From Sulfurimonadaceae bacterium (lineage in GTDB: Bacteria; Campylobacterota; Campylobacteria; Campylobacterales; Sulfurimonadaceae), in the NCBI GenBank assembly GCA_041548245.1, contig JBFESZ010000064.1, positions 1 to 12,135 of the forward strand: a DNA stretch of 12,135 bases, written 5' to 3'. The position numbers were made by a program, and so were the translations under genes. Positions 1 through 7,915 of this stretch are shown in pieces (within the stretch, counting starts at the first letter, position 1; every line of letters starts with the position of its first letter). Below the pieces are notes generated by a model. The model was not told where the DNA came from, searched no databases, and saw only the letters and a program-made list of their open reading frames with translations.

Positions 1-344
1 AACAGTGGAATTGGTCTGATGAAGACCTTGATTCTACTGAACTAGGGATGAACTATGAACTTGTCATCTCTCAAGAAGGATTTGACCCATATTTTGGGGT
101 AGAACTTGGTAGAGGGAGTTCAAAATTTGATGTAGCAGGTTCCCCTGATATGGATTATACAAGTTTTGGATTATATGCTGGTTTGTTATTCCCTATTAAT
201 GAGAGTCTCGAGTTTTCTGCACGTTTAGGATATAAAAGTCGTTCATATGATGACTATACTGAAGTTGTAGGTGGTACTACAGTAACCGAAGAGATGAGTT
301 ATTCAGGTGTAGACCTTAAAATAGGACTGGCTTACACTTTTTAA
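1..344 (+). CDS. Outer-membrane beta-barrel protein (OmpA/porin-like), 5'-truncated by the window edge
   Basis: The frame is open from position 3 (QWNWSDEDLDSTELGM...), so ATG 48 is internal. It has alternating amphipathic beta-strands (PYFGVELG, FGLYAGLLF, LEFSARLGY) and ends in GLAYTF, a C-terminal Phe beta-signal. Confidence 0.8.
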   Translation, partial: QWNWSDEDLDSTELGMNYELVISQEGFDPYFGVELGRGSSKFDVAGSPDMDYTSFGLYAGLLFPINESLEFSARLGYKSRSYDDYTEVVGGTTVTEEMSYSGVDLKIGLAYTF

Positions 345-531
345 TTCTTTGATTGATAGTAAGTATTTTGAATTAAAGAAAAAAGAGTATTTACTGACAG
401 TGACAACTTTTTCATCTATTCTCATGTCACTGTGGGTATCTTGATAGAAATTACATAATCTGATTACTTGAAATAATTCATTCTTACTAAATAAGCTCCT
501 GTAATCATATATAAAACTCCTAGAAAAACCA

Positions 532-540
532 TGTTATACT
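532..540 (+). promoter_or_regulatory. Extended -10 promoter (TGtTATACT) for the 577 gene
   Basis: TGTTATACT lies upstream of SD AAGGAG (566-571) and ATG 577. Confidence 0.55.
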
Positions 541-576
541 TCTTCAGTTCTGTTGTTATCTTGTGAAGGAGCCCTG

Positions 577-849
577 ATGATACCTTGGGATGAAAAGATG
601 TTCACAACGACCAAATACCTTTTTGACGTCTCGACTACGTGGCAGTATATGGTTCTGGCAGCAGCGGGGATGTTCATTCTTTGGATAGTAGTCTCAATTG
701 TAGAAAACTTCATGAACGCGAAAATGACTAGGATGGTTGAGCAGTATATTTACCGGCCTCTGCTGTTTATCGTTTCAATAGTGATTATTGTCGGAATGCT
801 TTTTTATTTGATAGTCGTTTTAAAAGATTACATATGGGGCGTCGGTTAA
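577..849 (+). CDS. Small hypothetical membrane protein (2 TM helices, 90 aa)
   Basis: SD AAGGAG at 566-571 favours ATG 577 over TTG 553. Two hydrophobic segments (YMVLAAAGMFILWIVVSIV; PLLFIVSIVIIVGMLFYLIVVL). Its stop overlaps the stop of the convergent gene (TTAA 846-849). Confidence 0.7.
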   Translation: MIPWDEKMFTTTKYLFDVSTTWQYMVLAAAGMFILWIVVSIVENFMNAKMTRMVEQYIYRPLLFIVSIVIIVGMLFYLIVVLKDYIWGVG

Positions 850-1286
850 ACAAAGACATCAAAACCGATACGTTCTGCCAGACTCATACCTTTGGCGGTA
901 ATCTCTATCTCCTTGTTCTCATTGGCAAACAACAGTCTATATTTGGCCATCGCATTGATAATCTCTCTGAACTCCTGTATGCTTGTGCCTGTCAGTTTAA
1001 AAAGATTGCGAGCTTGTATTACTTCGGTCTTTGCAAGCACATACAGAACAGTCAATGCCTTATGATGGTTAAAGGCTCCGGGATATTGGTTCAGGATGTC
1101 CAATATTTTGATACTGCGTAAAATATCGCTCTCGTCAAGGTCATATTGAGAGAGTCTAAGTTCAGTCTCGATCTCATTGACCAGCTGCTGCTCCAATGCA
1201 ACGGTATCGAGCTTATATGATGTCTGAGACGGAGACTCTAGGCGTACTGCATTGAGTCTGGCTTGTAATTCTTCCTGATAACCCAT
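846..1286 (-). CDS. Hypothetical protein with probable C-terminal winged helix-turn-helix; likely leaderless
   Basis: 146-aa ORF. The C-terminal pattern (ARNLFKLTGTSIQEFREIINAMAKYRLL...EIEITAKGMSL) resembles a wHTH with wing and 'lT.kG' end. TGATATAAT lies 7 nt before the ATG. Confidence 0.7.
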   Translation of the reverse strand: MGYQEELQARLNAVRLESPSQTSYKLDTVALEQQLVNEIETELRLSQYDLDESDILRSIKILDILNQYPGAFNHHKALTVLYVLAKTEVIQARNLFKLTGTSIQEFREIINAMAKYRLLFANENKEIEITAKGMSLAERIGFDVFV

Positions 1287-1293
1287 GGAAGTG

Positions 1294-1302
1294 ATTATAT
1301 CA
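1294..1302 (-). promoter_or_regulatory. Extended -10 (TGaTATAAT) of a leaderless transcript
   Basis: Minus strand reads TGATATAAT-CACTTCC-ATG with no SD. Confidence 0.65.
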
Positions 1303-1330
1303 AAGTAGCGGTAATAAGACCATTTGGCTG

Positions 1331-1336
1331 TATAAT
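1331..1336 (+). promoter_or_regulatory. -10 element (TATAAT) for the VF530 gene, back-to-back with the 1294 promoter
   Basis: TATAAT at 1331-1336, followed by SD AAGGA near 1352-1356 and ATG 1370. Confidence 0.55.
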
Positions 1337-1369
1337 ACGATACGGATTTAAAAAGGACAATATTCAGTA

Positions 1370-1648
1370 ATGAGCGAAGAGCATAAAAACAACCCTTTCC
1401 ACGGAATAACGTTGAAGATGATACTTGAAGAGCTGGTACAGTATTACGGTTGGAGGGTATTAAGAGAACGTGTAGAGATAAGATGTTTTTGGAATGACCC
1501 TTCTATCAATTCAAGTTTGAAGTTCTTGCGTAAAACACCATGGGCGAGAAAGAAGGTTGAAGAGCTCTTCCTTGAGATGCTTAAATCCAAAGAGGATATC
1601 AAAAAGAAGCAGGAACTGTTTTTTCCAAAAGGCAAGGAAGATAAATAA
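1370..1648 (+). CDS. VF530/DUF2132 family putative DNA-binding protein
   Basis: Family signature [22 protein letters not shown]...[31 protein letters not shown]. Confidence 0.9.
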   Translation: MSEEHKNNPFHGITLKMILEELVQYYGWRVLRERVEIRCFWNDPSINSSLKFLRKTPWARKKVEELFLEMLKSKEDIKKKQELFFPKGKEDK

Positions 1649-1653
1649 GAGTT

Positions 1654-2283
1654 CTAAAATAGCTCTATGAGCTCTTCAAGTCTCTTGATACGGTGGCTTG
1701 CATCAGAAAAATCATGCAAAGCAGTGAAGTGGTTTTCGACAATGACGCATTCGATTCCGGCGTTGACAGCCGAACGTAATCCGCGCTGTGAGTCTTCTAC
1801 GATAAATGTTTCATTTTTTTCTCCACCCAGGAGTTCGAGACCCTTGATATAGGGATCGGGATGAGGTTTGGAACGTTTATATTCGCCACTGCACAAAACA
1901 AACTGCATATGATCTGTGATCGTGCGTGAGGCATGGATCAGTTCAAAGTCTTCCCGTCTGGCAGAGGTGACAATGCCCATTTTATAAGTTGCTTTAAGGG
2001 ATAAAAGAACATCCTCTACGCCGGGGATAGTGATCTCTTCGGTACGAATATAGTGCTGATAGAGTTGGTTGCGTTTGTTTCGGGCTTTTTCAATCGTATC
2101 GCTGTCATAACCTTCCTCTTCTGCAAGTAAAAAAGCACTTTCTCCACTGATCATTATCTCGCGGTAGCGTTTTTCATCCAGGGTGATGCCCATGCTCCGA
2201 AGTATTTCGTAGTTGGCAGTAAAATACCATTTCTCTGTTTCGACTAAAACACCGTCATTATCGAATAGAATATATTTTTTCAT
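1654..2283 (-). CDS. HAD-IA family hydrolase/phosphatase; likely leaderless
   Basis: Motif I FDNDGVLVETE, motif II VTS, motif III KPHPDPY, motif IV VEDSQRG. Confidence 0.92.
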   Translation of the reverse strand: MKKYILFDNDGVLVETEKWYFTANYEILRSMGITLDEKRYREIMISGESAFLLAEEEGYDSDTIEKARNKRNQLYQHYIRTEEITIPGVEDVLLSLKATYKMGIVTSARREDFELIHASRTITDHMQFVLCSGEYKRSKPHPDPYIKGLELLGGEKNETFIVEDSQRGLRSAVNAGIECVIVENHFTALHDFSDASHRIKRLEELIELF

Positions 2284-2289
2284 AGATGA

Positions 2290-2297
2290 ATTATAAC
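2290..2297 (-). promoter_or_regulatory. gnTATAAT -10 of a leaderless transcript
   Basis: Minus strand reads GTTATAAT-TCATCT-ATG (6-nt spacer) with no SD. Confidence 0.65.
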
Positions 2298-2448
2298 TGA
2301 TTTAACATGCGCATTTTCCATTGGCTCTGTGGCTATTAAAAAACTATAGGCGAGATAGATATTAAAGCCTATCCATAGAGTCACCAATTTGACTATTTTT
2401 TTAAAGTTATTAACTTCTTTTGCTACACTGTTACAAAAGGAGTTGATG

Positions 2449-2781
2449 ATGGAAGGCCAGGTAGAGGTTCAGTTCACAGTACTATGTGAGAATGATTTTA
2501 ATAAGACGATTGAATTATCAGAGTTGCTTGCATCTGAGAAAGTCATAAAGGCTATTAAGAGCGAGTTTGGAGAGGGAGCAAGAAATCTTGTGGTCAGTAC
2601 ACACAGCGGTGATGTAAAAGTTAGTCTACATTCTGAGAAAAAGACACACACCCACTTTATCGAAAAAAATGATATTCAAGATATCTTGGAGATGACCGAA
2701 GAGTATGCGCGTTCTCACAAACTTCTAAAAGGAAACTGTATGAGAATAGAACTCAAGGACTTCTCAACGCTTGAATCATAG
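2449..2781 (+). CDS. Hypothetical cytoplasmic protein (about 110 aa)
   Basis: TGCTACACT (-10-like) at 2421-2429 and SD AAGGAG at 2437-2442 point to ATG 2449 (or 2446) rather than TTG 2389. No family recognised. Confidence 0.7.
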   Translation: MEGQVEVQFTVLCENDFNKTIELSELLASEKVIKAIKSEFGEGARNLVVSTHSGDVKVSLHSEKKTHTHFIEKNDIQDILEMTEEYARSHKLLKGNCMRIELKDFSTLES

Positions 2782-2885
2782 GTTCAAAAAGCGCACAGCA
2801 CGATTCTGCACTCTTGTTTTATCTTGCTCTTACATCTTTTAAGATTTACACTATTGGGATAGTTGAGTTAGAGTAAGAGGAGATG

Positions 2886-3521
2886 TCAATTCTCTTTGGA
2901 CTGTTTTTCTTTCGGTATCTTGATCGTACGGGGTGCGCGTTTATCAGGATTTGTATGTTTATTGCGATAGTCATGAGAAGCGGTTTTCTTGTTCCACTCT
3001 TTTTTTGCACTGAACTGTTTTTCTTTATCGACTTGATTTCTTTTCTTTTTATCATCATCTTCCGCTGAGCGTTTTTGAGACTTGGTTGGACGATGTTTGA
3101 TACTCGTCTTTTTGATTTCTGTCTTGGGCTCAAAGCCTTTAATGATCTCTTGTTTGATGTTTTTGCCCAGAAGTTTTTCTATGGAATACAGAAGGGCCTG
3201 CTCTTTTGTGTCCATCAGTATCAGGGCCATCTCTTTTGCGCAGGCAAAACGTGTTAGATAGTCTTCAGGTTTCACAGGAAGGTCAAAACTGATAAGGATG
3301 TCCCATTGACGATCGCCTAGCTCTTTTAATGAGGAATCATTGCTGAGGGTTATCTTCTGCTCTTCAATCTCGCTTGTTCCTGCATTGGCAGAGCTGATGA
3401 TCAAAATACTTTGATTAGGATAGAGTGTCGTAAGATGTTTTAAGAGCTCTTGTTTTTTTGAAGTTTCACAAGGGTGAATACGGTGGTTATGACGTTTGAT
3501 TGTGCTTGATATGGCTGACAT
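2886..3521 (-). CDS. Stand-alone degenerate DEAD-box helicase C-terminal (RecA2-like) domain with basic tail
   Basis: Segments KKQELLKHL, ILIIS, ILISFDLPVKPEDYLTRF and ALILMDTKEQALLYSIEKLLGKNI parallel the RhlE/CshA C-domain. There is no N-terminal ATPase domain and motif VI is absent. Lys/Arg-rich tail; SD AAGGA upstream. Confidence 0.7.
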   Translation of the reverse strand: MSAISSTIKRHNHRIHPCETSKKQELLKHLTTLYPNQSILIISSANAGTSEIEEQKITLSNDSSLKELGDRQWDILISFDLPVKPEDYLTRFACAKEMALILMDTKEQALLYSIEKLLGKNIKQEIIKGFEPKTEIKKTSIKHRPTKSQKRSAEDDDKKKRNQVDKEKQFSAKKEWNKKTASHDYRNKHTNPDKRAPRTIKIPKEKQSKEN

Positions 3522-3607
3522 GTGTGTCCTTGGAGGCTCAGGTGGTATTATTGGGTGAAAGTATACACCACTCCTTATGTAAAAGTGCTTACTGTATTGA
3601 GCTAACT

Positions 3608-3616
3608 TGTTATAAT
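3608..3616 (+). promoter_or_regulatory. Extended -10 (TGtTATAAT) of the ABC-F gene; a divergent TATACT at 3560-3565 (-) may serve the 3521 gene
   Basis: TGTTATAAT ends 19 nt before ATG 3636. Confidence 0.6.
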
Positions 3617-3635
3617 ACGCCTAAAAAAGAATCGC

Positions 3636-5471
3636 ATGATACAACTTTCAAATGTCTCCAAGAGTTTTGGTGAACAAGAACTGTTTACCCAGCTTAGTTT
3701 TAAACTCAATTCCGGGAACAGGGTCGGATTAGTCGGTCGAAACGGAAGCGGAAAATCGACACTGTTCAAATTGATACTCGGTGAAGAGCATTGTGACGAG
3801 GGTGAAGTGATCATTCCAAAAGGTTACCGTATAGGTGCTTTAAGGCAACATCTGAAGTTTACGGAGTCTACGTTGCGTGAAGAGGCTGCGCTTGCTTTGC
3901 AAGGCGATGCCAAATATGATGTCTATAAGGTAGAAAAGATCCTTTTTGGTCTGGGATTTGTTCAGGAAGATCTGGATAAGGACCCTTTATCCTTTTCGGG
4001 AGGCTATCAAATCCGTATAAACCTGGCCAAACTTCTGGTGACAGAACCCAATCTTCTGTTGCTGGATGAGCCTACCAACTACCTCGATATCCTCTCTTTA
4101 CGATGGCTGAGGTCTTTTTTACGCTCTTTTCAGGGTGAAGTCATCTTGATTACCCATGACAGAGATTTCATGGACGCCATCACAACACATACAATGGGGA
4201 TAGTACGCCGGTCATTAAATATTATTCCCGGAGATACACACAAGTTCTATGAACAGCTCAAAAGCAATGATGAACTTTATGAGAAACAGAAGGCTTCTCA
4301 GGAGAGAAAACGTAAGGAACTTGAAGAGTTTATTGCGAAAAACAAAGCCCGTGCCTCTACTGCAGCGCAGGCACAGTCTAAAGTCAAACAGTTAGAGAAG
4401 ATGGAGCAGATGGATGATCTTGGGTTCGATGCGACACTGAAGTTTGATTTTAACTTCCAAGAGACTCCGGCAAAGGTGCTTTTAGAGGTCAAAGACCTGA
4501 GTTTTGGATATACGCCTGAAAAGATTCTTTTCAAAGATATCGCCTTTGCTCTTGGAAAAGGGGAGTGCCTTGCAATCATAGGAAAGAACGGTACGGGGAA
4601 ATCTACCCTTTTAAACACCATCGCAGGTGAGTTGAAACCGTTAAACGGAGAGGTCTCATATCATCCTAGCACGGCTACGGGACATTTCGGTCAGACAAAT
4701 ATTGACAGGCTTGACCCCAACAACACGATAACAGATGAGATATATAATGCCAATCCAAAGCTCTCCACAGCTGCGGTTAGAAGTATCTGCGGAGGTATGA
4801 TGTTCAGTGGAAGCGCTGCGGATAAAAAAGTCTCCCTGCTTTCGGGAGGAGAGAAGAGCAGGGTAATGCTTGCCCAGATCTTGGCGCGCCCTGCAAACCT
4901 TCTTTTCCTGGATGAGCCGACACATCACCTTGACATGGACTCTATCGAAGCATTGACGAAAGCAATCAAAAACTTCAAGGGCTCTGTCATCATCGTCTCT
5001 CACTCCGAAGAGCTTTTACGCAGGGTCGCGGATAGGCTCATCATTTTTGCCAAGGACACGGCAGAGTACTTTGACGGAGGGTATGACCTCTTTTTAGAGA
5101 AGATCGGATGGGACGAAGAGGAAGAGGTAGAAAAGGTCAAGACAGTACCAAAGGTCAATAAAAAAGAGAACAAGAAGCTACGTGCGGCAATGGTACAAGA
5201 GCGGAATAAGCTGGCTTCTCCTTTGAAAAAAGAGATTGAGAAACTTGAGAACATGATTATGGAACTTGAAGAGATGGTTGCTCTGCATCATGATGAGCTT
5301 ATCACGGCTTCAAACGAGGGAGAAAGTTCTAGAGTAATGGAGCTTTCCAAACTTGTCTCGCAAGAGGAGAAAAAGATTGAAGAGGCGTTTGAAGGCCTTG
5401 AAATAAAACAGAACGCGCTGGATGATATTATGCATCAATATGAGCACAAGATTGCCGAGCTTGAACTATGA
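3636..5471 (+). CDS. ABC-F family ribosome-associated ATPase (YheS/Uup/YdiF-like)
   Basis: Two ABC domains: Walker A GRNGSGKS and GKNGTGKS, signatures FSGG and LSGGE, Walker B LLLLDEPTN and LLFLDEPTH. Helical inter-domain linker, C-terminal coiled coil, no TM segments. Confidence 0.95.
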   Translation: MIQLSNVSKSFGEQELFTQLSFKLNSGNRVGLVGRNGSGKSTLFKLILGEEHCDEGEVIIPKGYRIGALRQHLKFTESTLREEAALALQGDAKYDVYKVEKILFGLGFVQEDLDKDPLSFSGGYQIRINLAKLLVTEPNLLLLDEPTNYLDILSLRWLRSFLRSFQGEVILITHDRDFMDAITTHTMGIVRRSLNIIPGDTHKFYEQLKSNDELYEKQKASQERKRKELEEFIAKNKARASTAAQAQSKVKQLEKMEQMDDLGFDATLKFDFNFQETPAKVLLEVKDLSFGYTPEKILFKDIAFALGKGECLAIIGKNGTGKSTLLNTIAGELKPLNGEVSYHPSTATGHFGQTNIDRLDPNNTITDEIYNANPKLSTAAVRSICGGMMFSGSAADKKVSLLSGGEKSRVMLAQILARPANLLFLDEPTHHLDMDSIEALTKAIKNFKGSVIIVSHSEELLRRVADRLIIFAKDTAEYFDGGYDLFLEKIGWDEEEEVEKVKTVPKVNKKENKKLRAAMVQERNKLASPLKKEIEKLENMIMELEEMVALHHDELITASNEGESSRVMELSKLVSQEEKKIEEAFEGLEIKQNALDDIMHQYEHKIAELEL

Positions 5472-5502
5472 CCTTGTCTAGAAAGATATATAGCAGTACA
5501 GC

Positions 5503-6327
5503 TTATAGGGTCTTTTGCATATAGTGGGCAACGCCATCATCATCATTGCTCTGCTCCAGGATAATGTCCGCAACAGCCTTTGCCTCGTCCAAGGCATTCG
5601 AGACGGCAACAGAGGTTCCTGCACGTTGAAACATGCCGACATCATTAATACTGTCGCCAAATACCGTGATGTTATCAAGGGGAGTGTTGAGGTATTCACT
5701 AAGGCTTTTAAGCGCATAGCCCTTGTCGCCGAGCGGATGTAAAATAGTCAGAAAGTAACCTTGGGTATAGTTCTCTGGTGAGAGTTTAAACTCAAAAGTT
5801 TTGCTATAACGTGTTTTGAGATACTCAGTCAGTGGGAACATCTGCTCTTTCGAACCCATGAAAACAATCTTAAAGGTCTGTTTTGTGGCATGAACTCTAG
5901 AGCATCGTCTTAGTCTTGGATCATCCTTGAAATTGAGCAAAAGCTCTTTTTGGACCTCTGTCTGCTGCAGAGGAAAATCAAATGACTCATTAAGCATACT
6001 GTCTTTTAGTCCGATGACGAAGGGATGAAGAGAAAAATGGTTGATGGCCTCTTCGATGAGTTCATTGGCCGCATCATAATCGAGAAACTTGGTCTCTATT
6101 ATCTTTTTCTCAGTCGATACGACAAGTGAACCATCAAGAAGGATCATTGGTGCATTGATCTGAAATCCTTTAAGAAGGGTAGAAACAGAGTAGAAACTGC
6201 GTGCAGTCGCAACCGACAGAAAGGCTTTTTGGCTTTTTTCATTCCAGGTGTTTCGACTAAACTCGCTGATACTCAAGTCACTGCGTAAGAAGGTATGATC
6301 CAGGTCTGTAATATAAACGTTTTCCAT
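5503..6327 (-). CDS. Cof-type HAD-IIB hydrolase; likely leaderless, true start at 6327
   Basis: MENVYITDLDHTFL (motif I), ATAR (motif II), DKG and FGDSINDVGMF (motifs III/IV), SNDDDGVA. Motif I position and a TATAAT 7 nt upstream place the start at ATG 6327, not 6423. Confidence 0.92.
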   Translation of the reverse strand: MENVYITDLDHTFLRSDLSISEFSRNTWNEKSQKAFLSVATARSFYSVSTLLKGFQINAPMILLDGSLVVSTEKKIIETKFLDYDAANELIEEAINHFSLHPFVIGLKDSMLNESFDFPLQQTEVQKELLLNFKDDPRLRRCSRVHATKQTFKIVFMGSKEQMFPLTEYLKTRYSKTFEFKLSPENYTQGYFLTILHPLGDKGYALKSLSEYLNTPLDNITVFGDSINDVGMFQRAGTSVAVSNALDEAKAVADIILEQSNDDDGVAHYMQKTL

Positions 6328-6334
6328 TGATGAA

Positions 6335-6342
6335 ATTATAGC
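6335..6342 (-). promoter_or_regulatory. gnTATAAT -10 of a leaderless transcript
   Basis: Minus strand reads GCTATAAT-TTCATCA-ATG with no SD. Confidence 0.65.
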
Positions 6343-6481
6343 GTTCTTTGTCAATCGAAAGATGAGGATCAGTTTGGTCATTATTTCTTGAGACAGATCA
6401 TAAGAAAGAAAAGAGACATGCATTTGTAATAAGTTTTTGAGTTAATTTCTCTATAATACGGATTAAACTAGAAGGAATCAT

Positions 6482-6919
6482 ATGAAAATCATTTTATTAT
6501 TAATGACGATGCTTACATTCATGTTCGCTGCCCAGATTGATGAGTTCGCATCCGAGGTCAACTATCTACGAGACTATAATATGGCTTTAAAAACAGCGAA
6601 AGAACAACATAAGATGGTCATGGTGGTCGTTGTAGGTGACTATTGTCCATGGTGTAAAAAATTTGAGAGGAAGACATTGAAATCTTCTGAAGTAAAAGCA
6701 CAGGTGGATGAGAATTTCATCCCTGTTGTGATCGATAAGTACAAAGATAAAGGGAAGTATCCGGAAGCATATTATGCACCGCTTATTCCAGCGGTCTATT
6801 TTGTGGACCCTTCAAATGAAAAAGTACTTTTGACAACAGTCGCTTATATGAAAAAGGGAGAATATATGGAAAACATGGATGATGCATTGAGTCTTTTTTC
6901 TGAAGGAGAGAAGAGATGA
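6482..6919 (+). CDS. Exported thioredoxin-fold protein (CPWC; SoxW/thioredoxin-like)
   Basis: Sec signal peptide, ALKTAKEQHKMVMVVVVGDYCPWCKKF, cis-Pro loop LIPAVYFVD. TATAAT at 6452-6457 and SD AAGGA at 6472-6476. Confidence 0.88.
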   Translation: MKIILLLMTMLTFMFAAQIDEFASEVNYLRDYNMALKTAKEQHKMVMVVVVGDYCPWCKKFERKTLKSSEVKAQVDENFIPVVIDKYKDKGKYPEAYYAPLIPAVYFVDPSNEKVLLTTVAYMKKGEYMENMDDALSLFSEGEKR

Positions 6920-7356
6920 AAAAACTTTTTTTGTTAGCACTCCTATCTGCTCAACTCTTCTCACAGTCTTACTTTACCCTTGACAATGTTCGTTCACTTA
7001 ATCTTTATTTCGCAAGTGATGCCGAGTTTTTGACACAGGAACAAAAGGAAACTTTGAAAAAGACAGTTCGGAAGAAGCTTGAAAAAGCAGGTTTCGTCTT
7101 TGGAGAAACGGATGCCTATGTCTTTGTCGTTAAAATCGAATCTATCGGTATAGAAGAGTCTCAGGCCATTGACATTCAGGTCAAACTGGGTGAAGAGGTG
7201 ATTACGAAACGCAAAGACAATATCGAGACTTTCGCATACACTTATTTGGAACATAAGCTTGTAGAGGGTTATGATCCGTATGAAGATACTCGTGAAGCTC
7301 TTAGTTCTTTAGTTGATGGGTTCATTAATGCGCACAAAGATGACAACGAAGAATAA
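6916..7356 (+). CDS. Exported hypothetical protein, translationally coupled to the thioredoxin-fold gene
   Basis: ATGA start/stop overlap at 6916-6919; signal peptide MKKLFLLALLSAQLFS. Confidence 0.8.
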   Translation: MKKLFLLALLSAQLFSQSYFTLDNVRSLNLYFASDAEFLTQEQKETLKKTVRKKLEKAGFVFGETDAYVFVVKIESIGIEESQAIDIQVKLGEEVITKRKDNIETFAYTYLEHKLVEGYDPYEDTREALSSLVDGFINAHKDDNEE

Positions 7357-7412
7357 AGTAAAGTTAAACAGAACCTATTAAGCGATAGATTTAGTTAGAC
7401 TTGATGTTTACT

Positions 7413-7421
7413 TGATATACT
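7413..7421 (+). promoter_or_regulatory. Extended -10 (TGaTATACT) for the SOR-like gene
   Basis: TGATATACT, then SD AAGGA at 7441-7445 and ATG 7451. Confidence 0.55.
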
Positions 7422-7450
7422 TTCCGTAAACCTATTATAAAAGGAAGAGG

Positions 7451-7861
7451 ATGAAAAACCGTAGAGAATTTATTAAGTCATCATTGGTCGCTTCAACAGG
7501 CTTGCTCGCAGCGACTGCAATACCTGCAATCGCCAAAGAGAACAGTGTTAAAAATATTTTTGCGTATTCTGCAGATGAACCGGGCAGATGGGAAGGCAAA
7601 GCAGGCAGTCATGCTCCTGTCGTTACCGTGAATGGAAACAGGGTCACGGTAGAGACTAAGCATGGCATGGCTGAGATGCATTATATTGTCAAGCATACAT
7701 TGGTGACTGCTTCAGGTGAGGTGGTTGGTGAGAAAGTGTTTTTTCCAAAGAAGGATAAACAAGCTATCTCAACATACGAGATCAAGGGTGATCATAAGAA
7801 GCTGTTTGCTTTGAGCTTTTGCAACCTGCATGACCTTTGGGTAAGTGAGTTTAGTCTTTAA
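7451..7861 (+). CDS. Tat-exported 1Fe superoxide reductase / desulfoferrodoxin-family protein
   Basis: Twin-arginine signal NRREFIK...AIA. Iron ligands H(AP), H-x5-H (HGMAEMH) and CxxH (FCNLHDLW). Confidence 0.88.
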   Translation: MKNRREFIKSSLVASTGLLAATAIPAIAKENSVKNIFAYSADEPGRWEGKAGSHAPVVTVNGNRVTVETKHGMAEMHYIVKHTLVTASGEVVGEKVFFPKKDKQAISTYEIKGDHKKLFALSFCNLHDLWVSEFSL

Positions 7862-7869
7862 TCAGTGAG

Positions 7870-7907
7870 GCTATCCCTGCAAGGGGCTCATAGGGATAGC
7901 GCCTTTT
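7870..7907 (+). terminator. Probable intrinsic terminator between convergent genes
   Basis: Inverted repeat GCTATCCCT (7870-7878) / AGGGATAGC (7892-7900), followed by GCCTTTT. Confidence 0.6.
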
Positions 7908-7915
7908 GGTTTAAT

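Noticed and set aside
834-1121. 95-aa plus-strand ORF
   Set aside because: Antisense to the 846-1286 gene, with no SD or recognisable features.
1444-1852. ORFs 1444-1635 (-) and 1667-1852 (+)
   Set aside because: Shadows of the VF530 and HAD-IA genes.
2925-2942. KRAPR near the C-terminus of the helicase-like protein as a second arrest motif
   Set aside because: It is RAPR, not RAPP/RAGP, lies in a basic low-complexity tail, and has no co-oriented downstream gene.
2469-3257. ORFs 2469-2651, 2846-3133, 2883-3068 and 3075-3257
   Set aside because: Alternative-frame or antisense shadows. The hydrophobic look of 2883-3068 comes from the antisense of a Lys-rich tail.
3602-5742. ORFs 3602-3814, 4298-4621, 4656-5003, 5000-5254, 5478-5717 and 5515-5742
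   Set aside because: They overlap the well-supported ABC-F and Cof-HAD genes and have no independent signals.
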